From NCBI GenBank assembly GCA_964388455.1, contig CAYMAN010000008.1, positions 12,289 through 76,288 on the forward strand: a stretch of DNA of 64,000 bases. Direction: 5' to 3'. Source of the stretch: an uncultured Eubacteriales bacterium. GTDB taxonomy: Bacteria; Actinomycetota; Coriobacteriia; Anaerosomatales; JAAXUF01. Under the pieces are notes generated by a model. The model was not told the origin of the DNA. It worked only from the letters and a program-made list of their open reading frames with translations, and made no database searches. Shown here in pieces: positions 35,972 to 45,884 of the stretch; positions within the stretch are counted from its first letter, which is position 1, and each line of letters opens with the position of its first letter. The translations under genes and the position numbers were made by a program.

Positions 35972-37783
35972 GTGTCGAAGAACCCGATAACTCGCTACGT
36001 GTCGGCGATCAGCCGCATGTTCACGATGCTCTCGGTCAAGAAGAGTGAGGTCGCCCTCCTCATCGGTCAGGTGTTCCTGCTGGCACTGTTCGAGGGCATC
36101 GGAATCGGCCTGCTCTACCCGGTGCTGTCCTACATCGAGAACCCCGGCGACCTGAGCGGCACCAACTCGGCCATCTGGACCGCGCTGCTCGGGGTCGCGG
36201 CCAAGCTCGGCGTCACCGTGTCGCTCACCAGCCTGCTGATCATGGCGTTCATCCCGATCCTTCTGCGCCAGGTCATCTACTTCTTCAACGCGTGGTACGT
36301 CGCAACCGTGCAGCAGCGCTCGATCACCCGCATGCGCGCCAAGGCGTTCACCGCCATCGTTCACGGCGACATCAGCTTCGTGGTCGCCGAGGGCGAAGGT
36401 AACCTCATCGCAGTGATCGCCACCCAGGTCAGCCGAGCAGGCCAGGCGATTCTGCAGTTCGTGAACCTCATCGCATCGATGGCGATCATCATCATGTACG
36501 TGACGATCCTCTTTGTGCTGCAACCGCAACTCACACTCATCGCGGTGTTCGCCATGGGTGTCATCGCGATCATCATCCGCGGCAACATCGCCCGCTCGCG
36601 CGTGTACGGCAAGGAAGCCGCGCGACTGGGCAGCAAGACCGTCACCGCGATCTCCGAGCGCCTCGCTGCCCTGCGCCTCATCAAGATGCGCGCCCAGGAG
36701 GACAAGGAGGCCGAGAAGGTCACCACCATAGTCCGAGAACTCGAGGTCGCACAGGTCCGGATCGCCGTGGGCCGGGCGCTCGTCGAGATCACCGTCGATC
36801 CCGCGCTGATGCTCGCGGTCTTCGTCATCATCTTCACAGGCGTCACGTACTTCGGCGTTACGCTGGCCAGCCTCGGCATGTTCCTCTTCATACTCCTGCG
36901 CCTCAACGCGGCAACCAAGAGCTTCAACGTCGGCCGCCAGACACTCTGGGCGAACTACGACAGCCTCCTGCTCGTGGTCGATGCCACCAAGCGCGCCGAG
37001 AAGTCGCGCGCGATCCGCAGCGGCGCCACCACCTTCACCGGACTGAAGGACCGCATCTCGCTTGATGCCGTCAGCTTCAGCTACGGGGATCGTGCGGAAT
37101 CCGAGCTGGTGCTGAGGGACGTGTCGCTCGACATCGAGCGCGGTAGTATGACGGCGTTTGTAGGCAGCTCCGGCGCCGGCAAGTCCACACTGGTTGACCT
37201 GATCCCTCGACTCCGAGACGCCACGAGTGGCACCGTCAACTTCGACGGAACCCCGGTCACCGAGTTCGAGCTCCGCAGTCTGCGCCGCAAGATCGGCTTC
37301 ATGACCCAAGACGCGCTGATGTTCGCCGATACCATCCGGACGAACCTGCTCTTCGGCCTTGAGCGCGATGTGACAGAGGCTGAGATCGACGAGGCGCTCG
37401 ACGCGGCCTACTGCGGTTTCGCGCGCGAGCTGCCCGAGGGGCTCGAGACCGACATCGGCGACCGCGGCGTGCGTCTCTCCGGTGGGCAGCGGCAGCGTCT
37501 CGCGTTGGCGCGCGTGCTGCTCGAGGATCCGGACATCCTCATCCTTGATGAGCCGACGTCGGCTTTGGACTCGGAATCCGAGCAGTTCATCCAGAAGGCG
37601 CTACTCAAGCTTCACGGCATCAAGACCGTCATCGTGATCGCGCATCGTCTCTCGACCGTGCAGCACGCCGACCAGGTGCTGGTGCTGGAGAACGGCGTCA
37701 TCGTCGAGCGCGGCTCACACGATGAGCTGCTCGAACTCGACGGTTCGTACCGACGCCTGTTCGAGCTGCAGATCTACGGCTAG
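35972..37783 (+). CDS. ABC transporter permease/ATPase fusion (MsbA/PglK-like glycan flippase candidate)
   Basis: About 6 TM helices; Walker A GSSGAGKST, LSGGQRQR, ILDEPTSALD and IAHRLSTV motifs. Confidence 0.92.
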   Translation: MSKNPITRYVSAISRMFTMLSVKKSEVALLIGQVFLLALFEGIGIGLLYPVLSYIENPGDLSGTNSAIWTALLGVAAKLGVTVSLTSLLIMAFIPILLRQVIYFFNAWYVATVQQRSITRMRAKAFTAIVHGDISFVVAEGEGNLIAVIATQVSRAGQAILQFVNLIASMAIIIMYVTILFVLQPQLTLIAVFAMGVIAIIIRGNIARSRVYGKEAARLGSKTVTAISERLAALRLIKMRAQEDKEAEKVTTIVRELEVAQVRIAVGRALVEITVDPALMLAVFVIIFTGVTYFGVTLASLGMFLFILLRLNAATKSFNVGRQTLWANYDSLLLVVDATKRAEKSRAIRSGATTFTGLKDRISLDAVSFSYGDRAESELVLRDVSLDIERGSMTAFVGSSGAGKSTLVDLIPRLRDATSGTVNFDGTPVTEFELRSLRRKIGFMTQDALMFADTIRTNLLFGLERDVTEAEIDEALDAAYCGFARELPEGLETDIGDRGVRLSGGQRQRLALARVLLEDPDILILDEPTSALDSESEQFIQKALLKLHGIKTVIVIAHRLSTVQHADQVLVLENGVIVERGSHDELLELDGSYRRLFELQIYG

Positions 37784-38964
37784 CTCTTGGCCGAGGCCAG
37801 CTCGTTGTAGAGGCTGACGAGCACCTCTGACTCCATCTCGAGGTTGTACTTGGTGAGCACCGCATCCCTGCCGGACAGGCCGCAGGCGAGCGCGCGGTCG
37901 TAGTCGGCCAGGGCCAGCGCTTTCTCGGCCAGATCAGCGGCATCGCCGGAGACGAAGACGTCGCCGCAGTTGGTCTCGCGCACGATGCGAGCGAGCGGCG
38001 CGCAGTCACTGACAAGCACCGGCCGCGCGAGCGCCATGTACTGGAACAGCTTGTGGGGGACGGTCGCGTCGGTGTGCGGCGAGCGGTCGTGCGGAACCAG
38101 CGCGATCGTGGCCTGCTCGACGTAGGTCATCGCCTCGTCCTTTGAGAGCCAGCCAGGGAACGACACCGAGTCATCCAGTCCGAGCGCCTTCGCCTGCGCC
38201 TTGAGCTGTACCAGCGTGTTGCCGTCACCGACGATGGTCAGCTTCGCATCAGGCCGAGCCGCCAGTATCGCCGGCATCGCCGCGACGGCCACGTGCAGGC
38301 CGCGGTGCTGTGCGACACCACCCACGTACACAAGGTGCATCGGGCCCTCCACGAGCGGCAGAGGCGCATCGCCTGCGAGAGCGACGGGCTCGGCGTTACC
38401 GAACACCACGACGCGTTTGGGATCGGCCCCTAGGCCGATGAGCCGCTCGCGAGCCTCGTCCACGACCACGATGATGCGATCGGCGTTGTGTACGGCCCAC
38501 TTCTCGAGGCGCTCGGCGCGTGATGCCGGGAAGAAGAAGCGGTCGATGGAGCGCCGCTTCCAAAGACGCAGCGCGGCCGGATAGTTCTCATGCAGGTCGA
38601 GCACCACGGGGACGCCCGTCGCGCGACCGGCCTTCACTGCCGAGCGGATGTAGGGCAGGTCGTGCACGTGCACCGCGCCGGCGCCCTTCTCGCGCACCAT
38701 CGACTCAACGGCGCGACGCCACGACGGCGAGTCGAGCGACAGCAGGAACACGAGCGAGTCGATGCGACGCTTCCACGCGTGACCGGGGTGCACTCGGTGA
38801 CGGATCGCGGTGACCGAGCCCACCTTCTCCTCGGCGGCCTGGCCCTTGTCCCGGCTGCAGAGTACGAACGACTCATGGCCACCCATCGCCAGCGCGTCGG
38901 CTTCCTTGTCCACCCGGATGTCGGGAGGGAAGTTGTGGTTGGCGAGCAGCATGCCTATGCGCAT
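37780..38964 (-). CDS. GT4 family glycosyltransferase
   Basis: PPDIRVDKEA, HVHDL, DLHENY and PHKLFQYMALARPV motifs. Confidence 0.9.
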   Translation of the reverse strand: MRIGMLLANHNFPPDIRVDKEADALAMGGHESFVLCSRDKGQAAEEKVGSVTAIRHRVHPGHAWKRRIDSLVFLLSLDSPSWRRAVESMVREKGAGAVHVHDLPYIRSAVKAGRATGVPVVLDLHENYPAALRLWKRRSIDRFFFPASRAERLEKWAVHNADRIIVVVDEARERLIGLGADPKRVVVFGNAEPVALAGDAPLPLVEGPMHLVYVGGVAQHRGLHVAVAAMPAILAARPDAKLTIVGDGNTLVQLKAQAKALGLDDSVSFPGWLSKDEAMTYVEQATIALVPHDRSPHTDATVPHKLFQYMALARPVLVSDCAPLARIVRETNCGDVFVSGDAADLAEKALALADYDRALACGLSGRDAVLTKYNLEMESEVLVSLYNELASAKS

Positions 38965-38983
38965 CGGGTTCTCCTCGGGCGAA

Positions 38984-40246
38984 TCAGGTCGTGGACGTGG
39001 GCTCAGGGGAGGCGACGACCTCGGCCAGAATCTCCATCAGGCTCTCGGCGTTGCGCTTCCACGTGAAGTTCAGGGACTTGGCTCGGGCGGCGGTGCTCAT
39101 GGCGCCCTTCTCGGCGGGGCCGAGGTTGGCGAACCTACGCATGGTAGCAGTCAGCGCCTCGACGTCGCGAGGGGGCACCAGGTAGCCGTCGACTCCCTCC
39201 GAGACGAACGTGGCCGCACCTCCATCGGATGCCGCTATCACCGGCACGCCGCACGCGAGCGCCTCCAGGTAGACGACCCCGAACGCCTCGTCCCAGCTGG
39301 GTAGCGCGAACAGGTCGGATTCGCGAAGCATCGCGGGGAGCTCCTCGTGCCGATACGCGCCGGAGAACGTGACGCGATCGACGAGCCCCAACTCCGCGAC
39401 CAGCGCCTCGAGCGTCGCGCGAAGCGGTCCGTCACCGGCGACGGTGTAGCGGATGTCGAGACCGTCGCCAACCAGCTCGGCCACCGCCCGCAGCACGAAC
39501 TCGTGCGCTTTGCGTGTGACGAGATGGCCGGCGCTCAGCACGCAGAGCGGGGCGGTGACGCCCTCGACGAATTCGGTGCGCTCTGCCGGAACCCGATCGG
39601 CGGGGGTGAAGAGTTCGGTGTCGACGCCGTTGGGAAGCACTTCGACGCGGCGGAGCTCGGGGAACTCGCGGAGCAGTCCGTCGCGTACGACGTCGCTGAC
39701 CGCGATCACGGTGTGTGCGTCATCGAGCACGCTGCGGACCTGTGCGCGTAGCGAGGGCTTCTCGGCCGAGGAGTTCTGGTACAGATCCTCGCCGTGGACA
39801 AAGACAACATACGGCACGCTCTTGCGTCCGGCTATCGACCGCGCGATGACGCCGTCGAGCAGTGCAGTGTGTGCGACGATCACGTCAGCGCGGCCGATAG
39901 CGTCTGAGAGATGACGGTCGTTGACGATGGATGCGATTGCGCTCTTGGCTGACTCGGCGCGCAGCATCTTGCGCGGGAGCGAGAGGTAGCGGGGAAAGCC
40001 CACGGGGACCGCGCCAAAGTCGATGCGTCGGATCTCCGTCTCGGCGTAGCCACGCCACGTGGTGCTCAGGCGGGGAAGCGGCCAGGGAGCACGGGGTACG
40101 GGGACCGCGATGGCGGTGATCTCACAGCCGGAGTCGACCAGTGCCCGAGACTGCTCGTACACGAACACACCGTAAGAGGCGCGGGTGCGGCTCGGGTAGA
40201 GGTGCGAGATCACGGCGACCTGCAGGGGCCGGCGGGTCTCTGACAC
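38984..40246 (-). CDS. GT4 family glycosyltransferase (TuaC-like)
   Basis: SHLYP...GVFV, HGED, PNGVD and EAFGVVYLEALACGVPV motifs. Confidence 0.9.
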   Translation of the reverse strand: MSETRRPLQVAVISHLYPSRTRASYGVFVYEQSRALVDSGCEITAIAVPVPRAPWPLPRLSTTWRGYAETEIRRIDFGAVPVGFPRYLSLPRKMLRAESAKSAIASIVNDRHLSDAIGRADVIVAHTALLDGVIARSIAGRKSVPYVVFVHGEDLYQNSSAEKPSLRAQVRSVLDDAHTVIAVSDVVRDGLLREFPELRRVEVLPNGVDTELFTPADRVPAERTEFVEGVTAPLCVLSAGHLVTRKAHEFVLRAVAELVGDGLDIRYTVAGDGPLRATLEALVAELGLVDRVTFSGAYRHEELPAMLRESDLFALPSWDEAFGVVYLEALACGVPVIAASDGGAATFVSEGVDGYLVPPRDVEALTATMRRFANLGPAEKGAMSTAARAKSLNFTWKRNAESLMEILAEVVASPEPTSTT

Positions 40247-40315
40247 GGTGCGAAGGTCCTTCCGTAGGGGCGCGTCTGGCGCTGAGCCGTAACCACGAAC
40301 AGCGCGAGGTTACGG

Positions 40316-40321
40316 TACCAT
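40316..40321 (+). promoter_or_regulatory. Putative -10 (TACCAT) of a leaderless transcript
   Basis: Hexamer 6 nt before ATG 40328; no SD. Confidence 0.45.
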
Positions 40322-40327
40322 AGCCGA

Positions 40328-41662
40328 ATGCGAAACCTCCTCATCATCGCTCATGAGTTTCCTCCGTCCGCCGGCGGTGGAGTACAGCGAATCTCCAAGA
40401 TGGCGCAGTACCTGCCACAGCACGGCTGGCAGCCGACGATACTGTGCGCCAAGCCGGTTCCGGGCCGCCCGATCGACGATACGCTCCTCGACGAGGTAGC
40501 CGGCCTTGAGGTAGTGCGCCTTCCCGCGCGTGACATCTCAACCGCGGTTGCCCGCGCCTATGCGCCGTTCAAGCGGCTGCGCACCGCGATGCGAGGTTCG
40601 AGAGCCGTCGGCGAAGGCGCGACGGTGACCGGCTCCTACACGCGCACCGCCATGGAGATCCCGATGTCGACGCGCATCGTCAGGCGCTGGTTCTTGGACT
40701 CCGCTGCCATCTGGGGCCGTCAGGTGCCGGCCGAGGCCCTGCGGTTGCACCGGCTCACCCCCTTCGACGCGATCCTCGCCTCCGGGCCGCCTCCCTCGGC
40801 ACTTCTCGCGGGAGCCGCGGCGGCCGAGCTCTGTGGCATTCCGCTCATCGCCGACTTCCGTGACGGCTGGATGACGCGTGCCGACTTCCGCTGGCCCGAG
40901 AACCCCGCCAAGGACGCCAAGTCCCGAGCCGCTGAGCAGTCCGTGCTCGACCGGGCGTCGCTTGCGGTCGCCGTCTCCGAGCCTATCGCCGAGGAACTGC
41001 GCGAGTTCGGCATCAAAGACGTGATGGTCGTGGAGAACGGCTTCGACCCGGCCGACCTTCCTCGGCATGCACCGCACGAAGGCCCGCTGCGCGTCGGATT
41101 CATGGGCCGCTTCTACAACGTCACCGACCCGAGCCCGTTCTTCGACGGCGCGGTCATCGCTCTCAGAGACGAGCCCGCGTGCAGCGACATGCGGATCGAC
41201 GTCGTCGGCCCGCCCTCCCAGATCGCGATGGCGATGGTCGCCGACCGCGGACTCGAAGACGTCGTCACCTTCCACGGCTTCCTGCCGCATGCCGAGGCAC
41301 TCGACGTGATGGCCGGTGCCGACGTCGGCCTCGTCGCCATCGCCGATAACCCCGGTGCCGACGCCAACTACACCGGCAAGCTGTTCGAGTACCTCGGTGT
41401 GGGACTGCCCGTCTTGCTGGTCGGTCCGCCCAACGGGGTTGCAGCTCAACTCATTCGCAGGGCCGCAGCCGGCAAGGTCGCGCCGTACTCCGACCCGCGG
41501 GCTGTTGCCACCGCGCTTGGCGAGTTCGCGCGCGCCAAGCGAGCGGGTGAGCCGGCGGGATCGCCGATCGAGTCGGCGATCGCTCCGTTCGATCGCCGCG
41601 CGCAGGTCGCCGTCCTGGCCGCTGCGTTCAATGACCTCGTCGCGGGGTCCGGTCGTGACTAG
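40328..41662 (+). CDS. GT4-like glycosyltransferase
   Basis: IAHEFPP..GGGVQR, DFRDGW, ENGFD and GKLFEY motifs. Confidence 0.88.
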   Translation: MRNLLIIAHEFPPSAGGGVQRISKMAQYLPQHGWQPTILCAKPVPGRPIDDTLLDEVAGLEVVRLPARDISTAVARAYAPFKRLRTAMRGSRAVGEGATVTGSYTRTAMEIPMSTRIVRRWFLDSAAIWGRQVPAEALRLHRLTPFDAILASGPPPSALLAGAAAAELCGIPLIADFRDGWMTRADFRWPENPAKDAKSRAAEQSVLDRASLAVAVSEPIAEELREFGIKDVMVVENGFDPADLPRHAPHEGPLRVGFMGRFYNVTDPSPFFDGAVIALRDEPACSDMRIDVVGPPSQIAMAMVADRGLEDVVTFHGFLPHAEALDVMAGADVGLVAIADNPGADANYTGKLFEYLGVGLPVLLVGPPNGVAAQLIRRAAAGKVAPYSDPRAVATALGEFARAKRAGEPAGSPIESAIAPFDRRAQVAVLAAAFNDLVAGSGRD

Positions 41663-43034
41663 CGTCACGGCGGGTCGAGTCTCAAACGCGAATCTGGGCT
41701 GGGCCGCCGCTGCGGTGCTACTCGGCGCCGGGGCGGGTCTCCTCGTGGTCACGCTGGGTCTGGCCGGCATCGGCTACCTGCTCGCCGTTCTCGGCCTGCT
41801 GGCGTGGGGGTATGCGGTCGTGCGCTCGCCGATTGCCGCGCTGGCGGTCGCAGTAGCGGCGCTTGCGTTCGACGTGACCGGTCGCATCATCCAGGAGCCG
41901 ATGCCGTTCACCATCTACCAGGTGGCGCTGATCATCGCGCTCGTCTCCTATGGCCTCGCCGTGATGTTCCGGCGCACGCCGATGCCCAAGCCGACCTTCG
42001 TCGACATCGGCATGTTCATGCTCGTGCTGGCCGGCGCATGGTCGCTGCCGTTCTCGGCGGCTCCCTCAGCTACGGTGATCGGGACGATTCGTCTGCTGTT
42101 CGTCTGGGCGTTCGTGTTGCTCATCGAGAACGTCCCTCAGTCCCGCCGAGACCTGCGGATGCTGCTCGGCGTGCTCGCGATGGTCTCAGCGGCACATGCG
42201 CTGCTCGGTGTGGCGCAGGCTGCGATCCCGACCCTCGGCATCGGCAACGTGCACGTGCAGGGACCTCCCACGGATCTGGTCCGACGGCCCAGCGGCTTCT
42301 TCGACGATCCCAACTACTACGCGGGTATGCTGAGCGCCGGTTTCGTCGCCGCAGGGGCGCTCACCACTTACGCTCGTCGCTGGCGCACGGCGATCCTCTG
42401 GGGCAGCGTCGCTCTGGTGTGCGGCGCCGGTATCCTGGTCACTTTCTCGCGGACCGCGTGGGTCGCGGTCGCGGTCTCGCTGGTGGTGTTGGCGATCACC
42501 GCACCGCCCTATCTGCGTAGATGGCTCATCGGTGCGGGCATCGCGTGCGTCATCGCACTGGTGCTTTATGCCCCCGGGCAGATCATCGACAGGCTCACTT
42601 CCTCGGCCGACGTGGACGGCGACAGATCGGTGGCCACGCGCGTCTACATGGCGGAATCGATGGCCGAGATGATCCGCGAGAACCCGGTGTGGGGCACGGG
42701 CCTCGCCGCATTCGAGCGCGTCTACCCGTACTACCGCAAGACCGGCGCCGACCGCACCATAGCCAGACCTCACCAGGTCCCGATGGGCGTGATCGCTGAA
42801 ACCGGCATCGCGGGTCTGCTCGCGCTGGTCGTACTGGTGATCGCTCTGGGCTGGACGTATCTAGCCCCGGGCAGACGCCGACTGTGGATCGGTGAGTCGG
42901 CGGCACTCGCCGGCCTCGCGAGCATGAGTGTTCAAACGTTGTTGCAGTACTATCTCTACTTCGAATACCTGTGGCTGTTCGTCGGACTGTCAGTCGTCGC
43001 CGTACGTCTGGGTCGCACCCAAGAGGAGTTGTGA
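41655..43034 (+). CDS. O-antigen ligase/Wzy_C family polytopic membrane protein
   Basis: About 12 TM helices; RPSGFFDDPN, TFSRTAW, PVWGTG and PHQ...AETGIAG motifs. Confidence 0.88.
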   Translation: MTSVTAGRVSNANLGWAAAAVLLGAGAGLLVVTLGLAGIGYLLAVLGLLAWGYAVVRSPIAALAVAVAALAFDVTGRIIQEPMPFTIYQVALIIALVSYGLAVMFRRTPMPKPTFVDIGMFMLVLAGAWSLPFSAAPSATVIGTIRLLFVWAFVLLIENVPQSRRDLRMLLGVLAMVSAAHALLGVAQAAIPTLGIGNVHVQGPPTDLVRRPSGFFDDPNYYAGMLSAGFVAAGALTTYARRWRTAILWGSVALVCGAGILVTFSRTAWVAVAVSLVVLAITAPPYLRRWLIGAGIACVIALVLYAPGQIIDRLTSSADVDGDRSVATRVYMAESMAEMIRENPVWGTGLAAFERVYPYYRKTGADRTIARPHQVPMGVIAETGIAGLLALVVLVIALGWTYLAPGRRRLWIGESAALAGLASMSVQTLLQYYLYFEYLWLFVGLSVVAVRLGRTQEEL

Positions 43035-43780
43035 TGTCTACATTCACCGAGTCGTATGCGTTCGCCGTGGTCAGGCGCCAGTGGTGGGTCGTGCTTGCGG
43101 TGGTCGTCGCCGCAGTCGCCGTCGCGCTACTCATGTCGTCGCGGGTCGAGCCGACGTACGTGGGGCAGTCGAGCGTCGCACTCGACGCGACCATCCTCTC
43201 CAAGTACACGTCGCTGTTGGTGGGCGACCGAACCGCCACGGCCCTCAAGAGTGGCGAGTTCTATGAGTTCGCCGCCGAGAAGACCGGCACGTCGCCTGCC
43301 GAGGTCAAGTCATCCCTGCGCACCAGCGTTAACGGAAAGTACCTGGACACGGTGCTGATCCGGTTCAGCTCGGGTTCCTCGGCGGATGCGCAGGCGGGGG
43401 CCAAAGAGATGGCTGACGTCATCGTCGCCTACGCCTACGAGGTGGCGGCGCCTGAGATCGCCCGACAGGAAGCTGTTGGTGCGACAAATATCGCGTCCAT
43501 CGCTCGCATCAAGGAGCTCAGCCGGAAGTTCGCTGACAAGCCCTACGAGCTCGCTGACATCGAGACCAGACTGACCGCGCTGGAGCAGACGCAGATCAAC
43601 AATGACTCGATGCTGAAGCTGCTCAAGACCGCGTACACGGCGGCCGATTCCGCCAGTGCTGAGGAGGCGGTCGGCACCAACCGCATCGGGCTTCTCGCGG
43701 GCGCGATCCTCGCCGGCATCGTGGTGGGGCTGCTGCTCGCTGCTGTGCGCGAGGCGCTGTACCTACGCTCGGTCGGCTAG
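43034..43780 (+). CDS. Wzz/CpsC-like polysaccharide co-polymerase
   Basis: RRQWWVV-TM-PTY N-terminus, helical extracellular region, Gly-rich C-terminal TM. Confidence 0.7.
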   Translation: MSTFTESYAFAVVRRQWWVVLAVVVAAVAVALLMSSRVEPTYVGQSSVALDATILSKYTSLLVGDRTATALKSGEFYEFAAEKTGTSPAEVKSSLRTSVNGKYLDTVLIRFSSGSSADAQAGAKEMADVIVAYAYEVAAPEIARQEAVGATNIASIARIKELSRKFADKPYELADIETRLTALEQTQINNDSMLKLLKTAYTAADSASAEEAVGTNRIGLLAGAILAGIVVGLLLAAVREALYLRSVG

Positions 43781-43783
43781 CGC

Positions 43784-44980
43784 ATGGCCGGCGTCGCCAG
43801 TCCGCAGAGCACCCGTCGCAGCGTCGTCATGCTGCTCACCAACGACTTCGTCTCCGACCCGCGTGTCGAGAAGGAGGCGCTGGCGCTTTGCGACGCCGGT
43901 TGGACGGTGACCGTGCTGGCGTGGGACCGTTCGCAGTCGCATCCGGCTGCAGATGCCCGCGGACCGATCCGCATCGAGCGACTGGGGCCCGCGGCTCCCT
44001 ACGGCGGGGGCCCCAAGAGCCTGCTGAAGTTCCGCGAGTTCTGGCGCCGCGCAGCGCTTCGTACGCAGGAGCTCGCGCCTGACGTGGTCCACTGTCACGA
44101 CCTCGACACGGCATCCGCCGCTCTGGAGGTCCGCCGCCGGACCGGCTTACGCGGTCCGCATATCGTGCTCGACTTCCACGAGCTCTATCGCGAGTCCAAG
44201 ATGGTCCCGCAGTCCGGCATCGTCGGCACACTCGCAGGCATCGCGGTCCGCCGAGTGGAGCGCGACGCCATCGCCGCTGCCAGCGTGGTCATCGTCGCTA
44301 ACCCCGGCACCGTGGGCTGCTACGACGACTACTCGGCACGCGACAAGATGGTGCTCGTGGAGAACGCACCCGATCTCGACCGCTTCTCGCCCAAGGCGGC
44401 ATCGCCCGGGCGGGCCCCCACTGCTCCCGCCTCGGCGTTCCGGGTGTGCTTCATCGGGCAGAAGCGCTACACGCAGGGGCTGTACACGCTGATGGAGGCG
44501 GTACAGCGCGACGAGCGGTTGCACGCGCTGCTCGCGGGCGGGGGAGTGGCGGAGGCGGAGATCGCTGACGCGGCCACCCGCTACCAGCGCGTCGAGGTTG
44601 TTGGCCGGCTCCGTATCGAGGAGATCCCGGCGTACTACGAGCAGTGCGACTGCGTGTACGCGGCATACGACGCGAAGCTCGGCAACGTGAGGACGCTGTT
44701 TCCCGTGAAGGTCATGGAGGGGATGGCGTGCGCGGTTCCAGTGGTGGTCTCGCGCGGGACGTGGATCGCGGACTACGTCGAGGCGCACGGTATCGGCCTC
44801 GCCGTCGACGAAGCTGACGTCGACGAGGTCGCGTCCGCCCTTGCGCGGCTTGCATCGGATCCCAAGTTGTGTGAGGACATGGGTCGTCGCGGTAGAAACA
44901 TCGTGGAGGCCGGTCTCAACTGGAAGGCCGCCTCGTCTCGGCTCGTCGCCGCATATGAAGGCCTGACACCGCGAGGCTGA
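43784..44980 (+). CDS. GT4 family glycosyltransferase
   Basis: DPRVEKEA, WDR, HCHDLDT, DFHE and PVKVMEGMACAVPV motifs. Confidence 0.9.
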   Translation: MAGVASPQSTRRSVVMLLTNDFVSDPRVEKEALALCDAGWTVTVLAWDRSQSHPAADARGPIRIERLGPAAPYGGGPKSLLKFREFWRRAALRTQELAPDVVHCHDLDTASAALEVRRRTGLRGPHIVLDFHELYRESKMVPQSGIVGTLAGIAVRRVERDAIAAASVVIVANPGTVGCYDDYSARDKMVLVENAPDLDRFSPKAASPGRAPTAPASAFRVCFIGQKRYTQGLYTLMEAVQRDERLHALLAGGGVAEAEIADAATRYQRVEVVGRLRIEEIPAYYEQCDCVYAAYDAKLGNVRTLFPVKVMEGMACAVPVVVSRGTWIADYVEAHGIGLAVDEADVDEVASALARLASDPKLCEDMGRRGRNIVEAGLNWKAASSRLVAAYEGLTPRG

Positions 44981-45828
44981 TGTACGCGGAATCACCAAGG
45001 AGGCTCGACCGGATGTTTGAACTGACGCGCGACGTTCTGCCCGAGGCGGTCCTGGCGCGAGTTGCGGCTCACCCGCCACGCGTAGCGCTGGTACTCGGCA
45101 GCGGGTTCGGCGGCCTCGCCAACGCGCTCGAGGACCCGCTCGCCGTCCCGTACACCGACATCGCGAGTTTTCCGCGTCCGGCCGCAGGCATCGCCGGCCA
45201 CGCCGGGAAGTTCCTGGTTGGTCGAGTCGCCGGCGTGGATGTCTGCGTGTTCTCAGGTCGCGTTCACGCGTACCAGGGTGTGTCCGCGCTCGACGCCGCC
45301 TACCCGGCAAGGCTCGCTGCCGCAATCGGGTGCGAGACGCTGGTCGTCACCAACGCTGCGGGCGGCGTATCGGAGAACCTTCGTGTGGGCGACGTCGTAC
45401 TCATCGCCGACCACCTCAACCTCACCGGCTCGAGTCCGTTGCTCGGCTGGGCGGGCCCTCCCGGAGGCGTGCCGTTCGTCCCCATGCGCGACGCCTACGA
45501 TCCCGAGCTGCGCGCAATCGCTCGCGAAGCCGCAGCCGAGCAGAGCCTCGAGCTCAAGGACGGCGTGTACGGCGGGCTGCTCGGCCCGGCGTTCGAGACG
45601 CCCGCCGAGGTGCGCTACCTGCGCTCGGTTGGCGCCGATGTCGTCGGCATGTCCACGGTGCCGGAAGTGATCGCGGCGCGCGCGTTGGGGCTGCGGGTTC
45701 TCGGCTTTTCACTGGTCACGAACGCTGCTGCCGGGGAGGGTCTCTCGCATCTCGAGGTCCTCGAGGCGGGTAAGCACGCACAGGAAGCGCTCGCGTCACT
45801 GCTGGTTGCTATACTTCACAGGTTGTAA
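44980..45828 (+). CDS. punA: Purine nucleoside phosphorylase (trimeric type)
   Basis: VLGSG, GHAG, GRVHAYQG, TNAAGG, GPAFETPAE, VGMSTVPE and SLVTN motifs. Confidence 0.92.
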   Translation: MYAESPRRLDRMFELTRDVLPEAVLARVAAHPPRVALVLGSGFGGLANALEDPLAVPYTDIASFPRPAAGIAGHAGKFLVGRVAGVDVCVFSGRVHAYQGVSALDAAYPARLAAAIGCETLVVTNAAGGVSENLRVGDVVLIADHLNLTGSSPLLGWAGPPGGVPFVPMRDAYDPELRAIAREAAAEQSLELKDGVYGGLLGPAFETPAEVRYLRSVGADVVGMSTVPEVIAARALGLRVLGFSLVTNAAAGEGLSHLEVLEAGKHAQEALASLLVAILHRL

Positions 45829-45884
45829 CCGGGCCGGAACCACTCCGCCCGTCGTCTATCGCACCTCTTCCCTAAGGAGTCACC

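Noticed and set aside
35864-37309. Long antisense or alternate-frame ORFs (e.g. 481 aa here; also 3199-4266, 6499-7527, 40538-41770, 44147-45325)
   Set aside because: They shadow well-supported genes, lack motifs, and are expected from high-GC codon bias.
45829-45884. Possible SAH riboswitch upstream of ahcY
   Set aside because: The gap is only 56 nt with one weak hairpin; I could not find the conserved SAH aptamer elements.
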